Shown here: positions 34,339 through 47,885 of the stretch, one piece after another
Numbering within the stretch: the stretch's first letter is position 1
Layout: each line of letters begins with the position of its first letter
Assembly: GCA_025594325.1 (NCBI GenBank)
Contig: JANHCV010000010.1
Span: forward strand, 1,054,001 to 1,118,000
DNA length: 64,000 bases
Direction of reading: 5' to 3'
From: Blastocladiella emersonii ATCC 22665
Lineage: Eukaryota > Fungi > Blastocladiomycota
Program-made: the position numbers and the translations under genes
Notes under the pieces: generated by a model
Told to the model about the DNA's origin: nothing
Database searches by the model: none
The model's input: only the letters and a program-made list of their open reading frames with translations

Positions 34339-35043
34339 ATGACGCGCCCCTCAGCCCGCCGGAAAGTGCGCAACCCGTCGCTCAAGGTGACGCGCAAGAC
34401 GCAGCAGAAGCACTACAAGGCCAAGCCCGTGGTGCACCCGATCATCGCCAAGGCGTGGGACAAGAAGAAGACGGTCAAGGAGAACTACGCGGCCATCGGG
34501 CTCGCGCTGTCGGTGAACTCGGACCACGCGGCGCCCAAGCCCGTGCTCGAGGGCGATGCGGCGACCGCGGCGGCGGCGGCCGCGCCGGCGCCCACGCTCA
34601 TCACGGCGGGCGGCAAGAAGATCCCGCTGACGGACATGGCGGCGACGCTCAACCCGGGTGTGGTGGTGCAGGCGGCCAAGGTGCGGCGCGCGGCGGACGG
34701 GTCGGTGGAGGGGTACGACATGGACAACCTCGACGCCATGGACGGCGGGCTCGACGCGGTGCTGCAGCGCGCGGCGGACGCCAAGCCCAAGTCGGCGACG
34801 GTGCAGGAGCTCATCAAGTTTGCGCGGTCGGGCCGCGGGCACTTCAAGCTGCCGTCGACGGGCGAGCTCGACTGGCTGCACGCGCTGACGGAGAAGCACG
34901 GCGAGGACGTGATGGCCATGGTGCGCGACAAGAAGCTCAACCCGTACCAGCACACGCCCGGCCAGCTCCGCCGCAAGCTCAACAAGTACTACAACTTCCT
35001 CCGGACGTACGAGGTCGACGACGTCAAGGCGCTGACGGCGTGA
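34339..35043 (+). CDS. NOP16: Nucleolar protein 16
   Basis: HPIIAKAWDKKKTVKENYAAIGL and EKHGEDVMAMVRDKKLNPYQHTPGQL motifs. Confidence 0.92.
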   Translation: MTRPSARRKVRNPSLKVTRKTQQKHYKAKPVVHPIIAKAWDKKKTVKENYAAIGLALSVNSDHAAPKPVLEGDAATAAAAAAPAPTLITAGGKKIPLTDMAATLNPGVVVQAAKVRRAADGSVEGYDMDNLDAMDGGLDAVLQRAADAKPKSATVQELIKFARSGRGHFKLPSTGELDWLHALTEKHGEDVMAMVRDKKLNPYQHTPGQLRRKLNKYYNFLRTYEVDDVKALTA

Positions 35044-35271
35044 GGAGGGCGAGTGTGTACTGTACCATGTATTATAAACTAGTGATAATTCTCAGCTCTT
35101 GTTGGGTTGGTCGGGGACGCGACGCGCGACGGTGGTGGCGAGCGCGCGAGTTGCAACGGTTTGCCTCGCGCCTGCCAAGTCGGGAGTGAACGACGCCACG
35201 CGCGCCGCTGCTCTCGCTGCTCGCCCCTCAGTCGCCCCCTCCCAGTCCGTGCAACGCATCAACAACCATCC

Positions 35272-38200
35272 ATGGCATCGACTGAATCAACACCGACACC
35301 ACCACCGCTACTGCCGCCAGGCACGGCAACCGACGCACCGCCAGCGCTGGCCGCGACCCCGCCGCCGCTGCGCACGCGCGCCGAGGCCGTGTCGTGGCTC
35401 CACGAGGTGCTCGCGCCGCGGATCGCCATTGCGGCGGCGCCCGACGTGGCCGCGCTGCTCGCCGAGCACGGCATCGCGTCGCTGTCGCATTTTCTCGCCC
35501 CGTTCGCGTCGGCGGCGGTCCAGCTGCGCGACCCGAGCTCGGGCTACACCATGTCGATCCCAGACTTTTGCGTGCGGTTCGTCGAGGTGGCGCGCGTCGA
35601 GGACCCGCGCGTTGTGGCTGCTGCCGACGACCTGCTCGCCGATGTCGTGCGGAACCCCGGCGGGGTCGTTGGCGGGCCCGAGTGGGCGGTGCCGGCTGCT
35701 GGTGCGTTACTGCCTCTGTCCACGCTGTACGATCCATCGTACTGACCTTCACGAGACGTAGAGGGCTACGCGACGCCGTGGTACGACGCGTTCCGGCACT
35801 GGCTGCCGCACACGTTCACGGCGGCCGAGCACGAGGCGCTCGACCACCCGGTCGCCCTCGTCTTTGCCGTGTCGACGCGCAACGCCGACCCCGTCGGCAC
35901 CATCGGCCGCCTGTTCAACCAGGTCGCCGCGCTGCCCGCCTTTGAGCGCGGGTGGATGGACCCCAACGTGTTCCGCCACTTCCTGCTCGTCCACGACGGC
36001 AACCCCGACGACGAGCCGTGCCGCCGCGTCGCCGACGCCGTCCAGCGCACCTTCGGCCCGCACATCTCGGTCATCCCGTTCAAGCCCGTGCCGAGCGGGG
36101 ATACCGTGACCACCGAAAACTACTGGGCCGACGCCGACCGCACCGCCGCCGTCCTCACGCGGTACCTCCCCGACCACTCGGCGACGCCGACCGCGCAGCC
36201 GCAGCAGCAGGTGCGCGTGTACCCGTCGGCGGTCGCCGCGGCGCGCAACTTTGTCCACGGCCTGCTCAACCACTCGGTCGTGCCCTTCATGGAGCGGTCG
36301 AGCGCGCACTGGAACGAGCACGTCGCCGCGCCGCGCCGCGGGATCACCGGCCGCCTCTTCTCGGCGTCGCGCAAGTACTTTGGCTCGCCGTCGCGCACCG
36401 CGACCACCCCGAGCCCGTCGTTCGGGTTCGGCATGGGCTCCGCTTCCTCTTCCTCACCCGTCAACGGCGCCGCCGCCGCCGCCGCGCCATCGTACCCGCA
36501 CAGCGCACAGGAGGCGCTCCTCCGGCGGCTCGCCGACTACGCCTTCATGCTGCGCGACTACAAGCTGGCCCTGCAGGTATACCAGTCCGGGGCGCGCGCG
36601 TTTTCGGGGGACAAGGCGTGGCGGCACCTCGCGGCCGCCAACGAGATGGCCGCCGTGTGCCACGCGCTGCTCGGGCAGTGGAGCGACGTGGACGCCGCGC
36701 ACGAGACGGCCGTCACGACGTACACGACGCGCGCCCGGATGCCGCACGCGGCGGCGCGCGCGACGGTCCTCCTCACGGCGATCGCGGGCGTCGAGTATCC
36801 GATGATCGCGACGGGCGCGCTCGTGCGCGCGGCTACCGTGGATACCGACTCGGCGGCGGTCCGCGTCGCGCTGTTCCTCGAGCAGGCCGCTGCGTTGTAC
36901 GCGGGCCCGCTGCTGCGGTACCGCCGCAAGGCGCTCATTCACCTCGTCCTCGCGGGGAACCGGTTCACCAAGTCGTTGCTCAGAACCCACGCGATCCGGT
37001 GCTATGCGACGGCGCGCGACCTGTTGCCGGAGCGGTGGGACGCCATGTTCGACCACGTCCATCTCGCGCTCGGGCGCCAGTTCTACCAGCTCGGCGCGTA
37101 CCCGAGCGCGATCAAGGAGATGCTCCAGCTCGTGCACCCCGGGCAGACTATGGTCCTCGAGGAGCTCGTGTACCTCTACTCGCAGCACCCGCCGCCGCCC
37201 GAGGAGGAGTGGCAAGACGTCGACCGGCCGGTCCCCGAGATCGAGGTGCTCGGCGCCGACACGATCTGCGTGCACGGTACGTTATTCCACGGTGTCCACG
37301 GGTGTGCGACCGGGCTGACATTTGGCGGAATGTAGAGAGCGCGTCGTGGACCGTGCGGTTCACCAACACGATGCGGATCCCGATCTCCATCTGTTCGCCG
37401 ACCTTCCTCCTCCCCACCTCCGACCCCGCCGTCCTCGCCATCGACGCGGGCGCGAGCGTCGAGTGCGGCCCGCTCGTCGCCACGACCGCGACCTTCACGG
37501 TGCGCGGCCTCGCCCCCGGCACCGCGACCCTCACGCACCTCGTCTACCGCCTGCATGACATGATCCCGCTGCGCGTCCCGCTCGCCAAACCCGTCACGGT
37601 CACGGTGACGCCGCCGCGGCCCAAGCTCGCCGTCGAATGGGAGCTCCCCTCGGTCGTGTTCGCGTCGCAGGTCCAGGCGACGCGGGTGACGCTGACGAAC
37701 ACCGGGTTTGTCGAGACGGGCAAGATCGTGCTCGATGCCGCGCACCCTCCGCTCGGCAACGCGATGGTGACGCCGGGTACTGCGGGCCCCGCGACCGTCG
37801 TCCTGCACGTCGACCCGAGCACTCCGCTTCCCGCGACGCTCCAGCCCGGCGAGTCGGCTGCCGTCACGCTGTGGTGGCACTGGCACGCGGCGAGCGTCAC
37901 GGTACAATGGCGCTACGGCGCCGCAGGCGGGAAACACGTCGAGCAGATCCCCGTGGCCGTGACCGTGGTCCCGCTCGTGCACCAGGCGTGGACCGGGTGG
38001 CGCAACAACGTGCTGGTCGTCGCCGTCGAGGCGCAGCACCAGGCGCTCGCGGGGACCTTCGCGGGGCCCGGGTTCGTCGCGTCCGAGCCCGTCACGGTGC
38101 CCGCGCGGCAGACGCTCACGCACCTGCTCCAGGCCGTCGAGGTGGCGGACGACGTGTCGGCGCTCGGCGGGTGGCCCGCGTGGGACGGGCCCAGCGCGCT

Positions 38201-39077
38201 GCTCCAGGCGAGCGCCGCTGGCGCCACCGCCGCCGGGTCGGGTGGGAAGGCGCTCTGGTTCGCGTGGACGCTCAACACGTGGCGCGGGTTCCTCCCGCTC
38301 GCCCTCGCGCCGCCGGCCCCGCTCGGCCTCTCCCTGACCCACGCCCCCGCGGCCTCCCGCCTCGCGACCGTCCCGCTCACCCTGACCCTGCGCAACCACT
38401 GCGACGGCGACTGGTCCCTCGCCCTCCGCGTCGAGTTCACGTCCGACGCGGCCCTCGTGATCGCCGGCCAGGTCGTCCACTCGCTGACCCTCGCGCGCGG
38501 GAAAAGCGTCACGCTCACCGCGGCCGCGTTCCCCGTCGTCGCGGGCGTCCATGACCTCGCGGCCGCGGTCGTCGTTACCGCCGCGTGGGCCGACCCGCGG
38601 AACGGCGGGCGGGTGCTCGAGGCGTCGCGCTGGCGTGTCCCGATCGATCCGAGTTATCTGCGCGTCGAGGAGGATGGGCGGGCGCGGGATGAGGATGTGG
38701 CGTGGAGTGCCGCCGCGGCGGGAGTGGGGGCAGGGGTGCAGGAGGTCGTCGGGCGGCTCGAGGAGGTGTCGCTCGATGCGAACGAGGAGGTGAAGGTAGA
38801 AGCACCTGTCGCGTCGGCGGTCGACCCCGCACCTGCGTCCGTGGAACCAAGCGCCGAGACGGAGACCAGGACCGACGACAGCGAGCTCGTCGAAGAAGAC
38901 GTAGCCGGCAGCACCGAGTCGATCCAGCTCGGCAACGGCGACGGCGAGCCAGCATCCGAGATCGAGGCGGTGGTCGAAGCACCCGCGCCGCAAGTCCCCG
39001 CGGCCGAGCCGACCGAGCCCAGTGCCGCTGAACCACCAGCCAGCGCAGAAGAAGCGAAGCAGCAGAAGCATGAGTAG
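35272..39077 (+). CDS. TRS85: TRAPP III subunit Trs85/TRAPPC8, 3 exons
   Basis: TPWYDAF..EHEALDHPVALVFAVS, GITGRLFSASRKYF, LRRLADYAFMLRDYKLA. Introns 35702..35761 and 37277..37335. Confidence 0.9.
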
Positions 39078-39358
39078 TGCGAATGAATGAAATAGACGGA
39101 CCCTGCGATTTGTACTGCTTTTCCTCGATGCGACGCGCTGCGCCACACTGGCCCCTGACAACGGGGCAGCGGGGCCCACGTGACGCGCCGGCTTCCGACG
39201 CCTTCGATCGCGGCGCTCGCGTTCCACCAGTGTTTCCCACTCTGCTCGTTGCTGCAACGTATCACCACTAGCTGTTGCTAGACACACACGCAACTCTACG
39301 CATCAAACGCAACCGGACGGAAACGCGCGGCGCGACCGATCGAACCACCACCAGCAAC

Positions 39359-40675
<1,317 letters not shown>

Positions 40676-41251
40676 GCGAGTCGCCGCTCGCACCGTATCA
40701 TCCCCCTTTGCTTGTGCACCGTGTAATATAGAAAAGGTATCAATCAACCATCGTCCAGTGCGTGTGTGTGTGATGGCAGACGTGATCGCGCTCCCGGAAA
40801 TCATGCGCACGAGAGGCCCCATCGCCCTCGCTCGGTGATGTCAGGGCGATGCCACGCTGGCCACCGTGGCGTCTCTCGCTCGCTCGTGCTGGCCGTGGCC
40901 GCCGCGGTCGCTGCCATCACGGACGACGCCCTTGAGCTCGCGGGGATGGTGATGGTCGGTCCCTCGTCGGGCGATCCGTCGCGTCGCGCGCGAGGCCTGA
41001 CAGGCTAAGGAGATGGCGGCGGTGGCGCAAGTTAGGCCAGTTTCAAGCGGCGGGCGGGGAGGGCGGGGGAGGCCCCAGAGAGCCGCCACCGAACCCGACC
41101 CGATCCGCCTCCGCCGACCCCGCCCTCTTGCTTCTCCCTCTCCCTTCGCAACAACAACACGGCCGAGCACGGCTCTCCCTTGATGAAGCTCTGACGGATC
41201 AGGCGAGAAGACATAGACCCTAGACTAGCACCCCCCCCCCCATCATACCCA

Positions 41252-43553
41252 ATGGCCGCCACCCCGCCGCTCATCCAGATCCGCCACGAGGCGGCGCGGG
41301 CGTCGGGCCCGCTCGTCAGCACGCCGACGCTTCTCTTCATGGGCGTCGCATGGGCCGCGTCGCTCGTGGCGTTCCCGCTGCTGACGTGGTACGGCCTGCT
41401 GCTGCCCGCGCTCGGCGCCTCGTTCTTTGCCGTGGCGATCCCGCTTGGCGCGGGCCTCGTCGTGTCCGGCTTCGCGATCCACAGCCGCGTCGCGCACTCG
41501 CTCGACGCCGTGGTCCGGCTGCTGCTCGCCATCTCGTCGCTGCTGACGCCGGTCGCGCGCCGCGTGGCCGCGTCGCCCGTCCTGTCGACGCTCGTCTCGG
41601 GCGCGCTCAAGCTCCAGTTCTTTGCGTGGTTCACGGCGCTCGTCGTCGTCGACCGCGTCATGCGCCGCATGTTCGCCAAGCTCGTCGGCCGCCACGGCGC
41701 GTCGTCGCGGCATTACTCGCTCGTCAACGCCGCCGACCCGAGCTTCCAGCCCGCGGGGATCTTCTCGGACGCGGTCGATGCGGGGCTCGGGCTCGCTCCG
41801 CCCGCCGGCGCCGAGTCCGGGACGACGACGACGAGCGACGCGCTCCTGCGCGAGCAGGGCATCCCGTTCCGGCCCAAGACAGCCTACTCGCTGTCGATGG
41901 CGGCCAAGCTCGCGTACGAGGACCTGGCCATCATCAAGCACGAGCTCGAGGTCGCCGGCTACGACATGGACACGTTCGCGCCCATCCACTACCGCAACAC
42001 GTGCGGGTTCGTCGTCGCCAAGGGCCGCACCGTCATCGTCATCTTCCGCGGGACCAAGCCGCTCAACGCCGCCAACATCGTCACCGATATCCGCCACCAC
42101 ATGGTCCCCGCCGCCGAGCCCGGCAGCGACGTCGATCTGGGTAACGTCCACGAGGGCTTCCTCGAGGCGCTCGGCCCCGTCGAGATGGGCGACGACGACG
42201 ACGACCCGGACCTCGTCCCGCTCGACGTCGGGTCGCCGCCGATCCCCGCCGACACGTACCGACGTCTCGGCGGTGGCTCCAAGTCCGGCACCGGCTCCTC
42301 GCGCCGTGGCCCGCGCACCGCGACTGGCCGCGCCTCGCGCATCACGGCGCGTGGCCTGCCCGTGCCCCCCTCGCGCGTCGTCCGCCTCGAGCTGCACATG
42401 CACTCGCTGACCGCCGCGCTCGTGTCCGCGGTCCGCGCGCTCGCGACCGTCGGCGACGTGGTGGTCCGCGCGATCGCGCGCCACGTCAGCGACCCGATCG
42501 AGCGGTTCACGCACATCGACAACCGCGAGGAGTCGGCGTACGTGCAGGCGCACCGCGGGATCGCCGCGTGTCTGCAGAAGATGCGCATCCAGGAGTCGCT
42601 CAACGGCGTCGTCGCGGCGCACGCGCGTGCCCTGCGGACGCGGCGGCCCACGGCGTCCGGGTTCCATGCGACGGCCGCGCAGCTCGCGGCCGTGGAAGAT
42701 GAGTTGGCGGATGTGGATGACGCCGCGTCGGATCTCCTGGCCGGCGGCGGGCTCCTGTACCGCGCGCCGAGTATGGCCGCGCGCAAGCGCATGGTGCGCC
42801 GGTCGGACTCGGGCGCGTTCGAGCGGAATGTCGATGGCACGTCGCCGCTCACGTCCGACGTGGATCTCGAGTCCGAGAGCGAGGCGGGGGTCAAGCGCGG
42901 CAACAAGGACCGCGGGCTCTTCGGCCGCCGCAGCAGCAGCAGTTCGAGCTCGTCCGAGTCGGCGTCGGACCTGTCCAGCGACGACGACGGCGAGGACGAG
43001 GCGAACCAGCCGATCCGGCTGTACATTGGGTACGCTTCCTTCGGGATATCGCGACCAACCACCGCTAACCACCCTTGCGCGCACCTGTAGCGGCCACTCG
43101 CTCGGCGGCGCCATCGCGCACGTCTTCCTGGCGAAACTGACCGAGTGCGACTCGAGCTTCCTCGAGTACTTTGACGGCCTGTACACGTTCGGCTCGCCGC
43201 GCGTGGGCGACGCCGGGTTCGAGTCGTTCCTGTCCGGCCGCCACGCGAACCTGTTCCGCATCGTGTACAACAAGGACATCGTGCCGCGCGTCCCGCCGCT
43301 CGACCCGTACGCGGAGCTGCCGGGTCACCTCGTCACGCTGTCGCCGCTGGGCAAGATGGTGTTCCGCCCACCGGGCACGGTGACGCGGCCCGTGTCGTTC
43401 CTGTCGCCGTCGGGGCTGCTGAGCCCGACGGTGATTTTCCAGTTGCGCAACGAGTCGTTCTTGCGGTTCGTGTACCGCGTCGTCCTCCCGTTCTACGTCA
43501 ACGACCATATGCCGAGCGATTACGCGCTCGCGCTGCAAAAGTACGCGTACTGA
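41252..43553 (+). CDS. Class 3 lipase-like protein with an N-terminal hydrophobic (TM) region
   Basis: VIVIFRGT, NVHEGFLEAL, GHSLGG after intron 43030..43090, YTFGSPRVGD, DIVPRVP, and C-terminal NDH. Confidence 0.88.
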
Positions 43554-43634
43554 CGAGGAGAGGGGGGAGAAGTGGAATCTACAGTATTAAGAGTATATAT
43601 AAAGAGGGTTGTACTGCGACGTGCTACTGACATA

Positions 43635-45501
43635 CTACTTGCGCTTGCCGCCGCCTCCCTTGCCGCCGCGCTTGCTGCCCTTGGTCGGCAGCGTCGCGCG
43701 CTTGAGCCCGGGCACCGCCTTGGGCGCAGCCGGCGCAGGCACGGCCGGTGGGGATGCGGGCGGCTCGGACTTGACCTCGACCTTGACGACGGCGGGCACG
43801 AGCGGCTTCTTGGCCTTCTTGGCGACGACGGGCACGTTGGGCGTGAGGTTGAACGCGTAGACCGAGTTGCGCGCCTCCTTGACGCGCCACCAGCGGCCGT
43901 CCTTGTGCTCCTGGCCGGCGGCGACGAAGAGGGTGAGCGCGTGGTCGGGGTCGGCCGAGGCGGCGACTTCGGCGCCGAGGACCGCCGGGTCTGCGTCGTC
44001 GCCCGAGAGTGCTGGCGGGAAGTCGGCGGGCTCGAGCAGGGCGAGGGCGTTGACGACGCCCGTGACGGGGAGCGTGGCGACGCAGTCGAAGCGCATGGCG
44101 GCGCGGTTGATCTTCCAGCACTTGACGTCGCCGGACCACGACCCGGAGAAGAAGAGGTCCGAAAACTTGATGCCGGTCAGGGCCGTGATCCAGTACGGCT
44201 TGCGAGCGAGCTTGAAGTCCTTGTCCTGGTCCGACTGCGGCAGGAACCCATGGGCGTGCTGGACGGAGAAGACGGCCTTCTTCTTGGACGTGTGCCACAG
44301 CGACAGGTTGCCGTGGTCGTCGCCCGAGATGAACATGTCCTCGGTGACCTGGTACACGACGTCGAGGGACCCGTGGAACGAGGAGGCGCGGAACAGGAGC
44401 TGCGACTCCTCGACGATCTTCCATAGGCGCATCGTCTTGTCACGCCCACCGGCCGTCACGCAGTGCTCGCGCGCGACCGTGTCGATGGCGGCCACGGGGT
44501 CCTGGTGGCCGAACAGGGACTCGACGTAGGTCATCTCGTCGAGGTTCCACGTCTTGACGGTGCGGTCGCGCGACGACGTGTACAGGGACTGGGAGCCCTT
44601 GCGGAACACGGCGCCCGTGATGGCGTCGCGGTGCCCGTTGAACTGCTTGACGTGGGCGCCGTCGTGCACCGACCACACGTTGAGCCGCGAGTCGTTGCCG
44701 CCCGAGACCAGGTACTGCGACGACGCCGCGAGGCAGTTGACCTCGCGCGTGTGGCCGACGGCCGACGCGGGCGCCTTCTTCTGCAGCCCCAGAATCGCGC
44801 GCACCTTGCCGCGCGTCGCCAGGTCCCACTGCACCACGGCGCCGTCCTTGCCGCCGCTGAACAGGTGCTTGCGGTTCGGCGCCACGGCAAGGCACGTCGG
44901 CGACAGCTGGTGGCACCGCGGGAACTTGCTGAGCTCGGGCACGGGCGACGCCAGGAACTGCGTCGCGAGCTCGCGCCACAGGCGGCCGCGGGCTTCGAGC
45001 TACGTGGTTTTCGGTCGCGGCGGGTCAGAACGGGGATCACGCCGAGTATCCAAAAAGAAAATGCCGTACCGCGCCGTCGCGCAGGCGCTCGGCAATCAGG
45101 TCGCGGTCGAGGTCGGCGGCGTCGTACTCGCCCTTGCCTTTCCTTGCCAGGTCGCCCTTGACCTGGCTGAGGTAGGCCTGGGCGAGCCGCAGCCGCTTGT
45201 CGGCGGCCGACTCGTGCGCGTCGGCCTCGTCGGCGCCCTCGCCGTCGGCCTCATCCGCCGACGAGTACACGGTGCGGTCAATGTCGCTGCCGGCGCCCGC
45301 CTCGTCGTCCGACGACACGTCCGCGGCCACCACCTTGCCCTTGACCTTCATGGGCGCGGCAGATCCCGGGGCGCCGGACGCGCGGCCGCGCTTGGCGGGA
45401 CGCTCCGAGTCGGCGGGCGCGCCGGCGCGCTTCTTGGTTGCCGTGCCGCTAGCAGAGCGGCGCGGGGTCGGCTCCGCGACAAAGAACGAGTCCTTTTTCA
45501 T
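43635..45501 (-). CDS. RRP9: U3 snoRNP WD-repeat protein Rrp9 (U3-55K)
   Basis: ESAADKRLRLAQAYL, WD repeats, YVESLFGHQD..REHCVTAGGRDKT, GQEHKDGRW. Intron 45000..45069. Confidence 0.93.
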
Positions 45502-45968
45502 GGCGAGTGCGTTGCAGTGTGGCTGGGCCGAGTGCTCACGCGTCACCGTGTGCTCTGCCCCTCGGCGGTATCACGGCGGCCACGGCGGCGTGGCGGGGGG
45601 CGGCGAGCGCGGCGACGGCGACGGTGGCGACTCGAGGTCGCGTGGCGTCACGCGGCCCGTTGCTACGCGCGAAAACATTCACGGCGGGCGTGGCATCACC
45701 GGTCACGCGCGCATGGGGTCCGGCAGCTCGGGCCGCGCCCGGTTTGTTCCGCAACGCGTCCCTTCGTTCCGCTCAGCGCAGAATCGGAGCGGCCGCCACT
45801 TTGGATCGCTTTCAGCTTCCTCTCCCCCCCTCTCCCCTTGGTCCCTGCTCCTCGACACTCAGCGAGAGCTGGTGCGTGAGTCTACTATGCATCGCATGCA
45901 TTCATGGAGTTCTGACCGCGCCCTTGGCCGTGTAGCAGCAGCATACACAGACGATTATCACCACCACC

Positions 45969-47885
45969 ATGGCTTCGCTTGCACGGCGCCTCGCCCCCGT
46001 CGGCGCCCGGGCCGCCGCCATCGCCCTGCGCACCGGCGCTCCCGCCCTCGCCTCGGCTGCCCGCCACTCGCTCGCCCGCACCGCTGCCGCGACGCCGACG
46101 CTCGCCCGCGCCCTGCACGCCTCGCGCGCGGTGCGCCAGGCGACGGCCGCCACCGAGGATTTCGAGGTGGAGCGGTTCGTCGACAACACGGACGTGCTGA
46201 TTGTCGGTGCGGGCCCCGCGGGCCTGTCGGCGGCGATCCGGCTCAAGCAGCTGGCCAACGAGGCGGGCAAGGAGCTGCGCGTCATGGTCATCGAGAAGGC
46301 GGCCGAGGTCGGCGCCCACATGCTGTCGGGCAACGTGCTCGAGCCGCGCGCCCTCAACGAGCTGATCCCCGACTGGAAGGCCAAGGGCGCCCCGCTCAAC
46401 ACCCCCGTCACCGAGGACAAAATGTTCCTGCTGACCTCCAAGTCGGCCATCCCGCTCCCCTCGCCGCCCGACATGCACAACGAGGGCAACTACGTCATCT
46501 CGCTCAACCAGTTTGCCAAGTGGCTCGGCGAGCAGGCCGAGGAGCTCGGCGTCGAAATCTACCCGGGCTTTGCCGGCGCCAAGCCGCTCGTCTCGGCCGA
46601 CGGGTCCAAGCTGCTCGGCGTCCAGACCGGCGACATGGGCCTCAACAAGCAGGGCCTGCCCGGCGACAACTTCGAGCCCGGCATGGAGATCCGCGCCGCC
46701 GTCACCCTCCTCGCCGAGGGCTGCCACGGGTCCCTGTCCAAGAAGCTCATCAACCAGTTCAACCTGCGCGCCGACGGCCAGTTCCAGACCTACGGCATCG
46801 GCATCAAGGAGGTGTGGGAGATCCCCAAGGAGCAGCACCAGCCCGGGCTCGCCGTTCACTCGATCGGCTGGCCGCTCGACTACAAGACGTACGGCGGGTC
46901 GTTCCTCTACCACTGGACCGACGCCCCCGAGAACGGCCGCCACCTCGTCTCGGTCGGCCTCGTCACCGGCCTCGACTACTGGAACGTGAACCTCCGCCCC
47001 TACATGGAGTTCCAGCGGTACAAGCACCACCCGGCCATCCGTAAGCACCTCGAGGGCGGCAAGTGCATCTCGTACGGCGCCCGCGCGCTCAACGAGGGCG
47101 GGCTCCAGTCCATCCCCAAGCTCACGTTCCCTGGCGGCGCCCTCGTCGGCTGCGCCGCGGGCTTCCTCAACGTGCCCAAGATCAAGGGCACCCACACCGC
47201 CATGAAGTCGGGCATGCTCGCCGCCGAGGCCGCGTTTGACGCGCTCAAGGATAGCCCGTCCGTGACCGAGTCCGAGGAGCTCGTCGTCCCCGCCCTGCAC
47301 CTGACCGCGTACCAGAAGTCGTTCGAGTCGTCGTGGATCTACCAGGAGCTCAACGAGATCCGCAACGTGCGCCCGTCGTTCCACAACCCACTCGGCATGT
47401 GGGGCGGGCTCCTGTACTCTGGCCTCGACACGCTCTTCTTCCGCGGGCGCGTCCCCTGGACCCTGCAGCACAAGGTGCGCGACCACGAGTCGCTGCTCCC
47501 CAAGGAGCAGTGCCCGCCCATCGAGTACCCGAAGCCCGACGGCGTGCTCTCGTTTGACCTCCTCGACAACGTCGCCCGGTCCGGCACCAACCACAACCAC
47601 GACCAGCCCGCGCACCTCCGCCCGCGCGACCCCGAGGTCCAGGTCCGCCACAACCTCAAGGTCTTTGACGGACCCGAGGCCAAGTTCTGCCCCGCCGGCG
47701 TCTACGAGTACGTCGAGGCCGACCAGCCCTACACGCTCAGCGATGGGACCACCGCCACCCACAAGTTCCAGATCAACTTCCAGAACTGCGTCCACTGCAA
47801 GACCTGCGATATCAAGGACCCGTCCCAGAACATCGACTGGACCACGCCCGAGGGCGCTGGCGGCCCGACGTACGTCCTCACGTAA
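45969..47885 (+). CDS. ETFDH: Electron transfer flavoprotein-ubiquinone oxidoreductase
   Basis: DVLIVGAGPAGLSAAIRLKQ, NVPKIKGTHTAMKSG, 4Fe-4S motif NCVHCKTCDIKDP. Confidence 0.98.
   Translation: MASLARRLAPVGARAAAIALRTGAPALASAARHSLARTAAATPTLARALHASRAVRQATAATEDFEVERFVDNTDVLIVGAGPAGLSAAIRLKQLANEAGKELRVMVIEKAAEVGAHMLSGNVLEPRALNELIPDWKAKGAPLNTPVTEDKMFLLTSKSAIPLPSPPDMHNEGNYVISLNQFAKWLGEQAEELGVEIYPGFAGAKPLVSADGSKLLGVQTGDMGLNKQGLPGDNFEPGMEIRAAVTLLAEGCHGSLSKKLINQFNLRADGQFQTYGIGIKEVWEIPKEQHQPGLAVHSIGWPLDYKTYGGSFLYHWTDAPENGRHLVSVGLVTGLDYWNVNLRPYMEFQRYKHHPAIRKHLEGGKCISYGARALNEGGLQSIPKLTFPGGALVGCAAGFLNVPKIKGTHTAMKSGMLAAEAAFDALKDSPSVTESEELVVPALHLTAYQKSFESSWIYQELNEIRNVRPSFHNPLGMWGGLLYSGLDTLFFRGRVPWTLQHKVRDHESLLPKEQCPPIEYPKPDGVLSFDLLDNVARSGTNHNHDQPAHLRPRDPEVQVRHNLKVFDGPEAKFCPAGVYEYVEADQPYTLSDGTTATHKFQINFQNCVHCKTCDIKDPSQNIDWTTPEGAGGPTYVLT

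Noticed and set aside
39085-39220. Possible box C/D snoRNA (TGAATGA...CTGA) between TRS85 and KRR1
   Set aside because: Box C is imperfect, there is no terminal stem and no recognisable rRNA guide.
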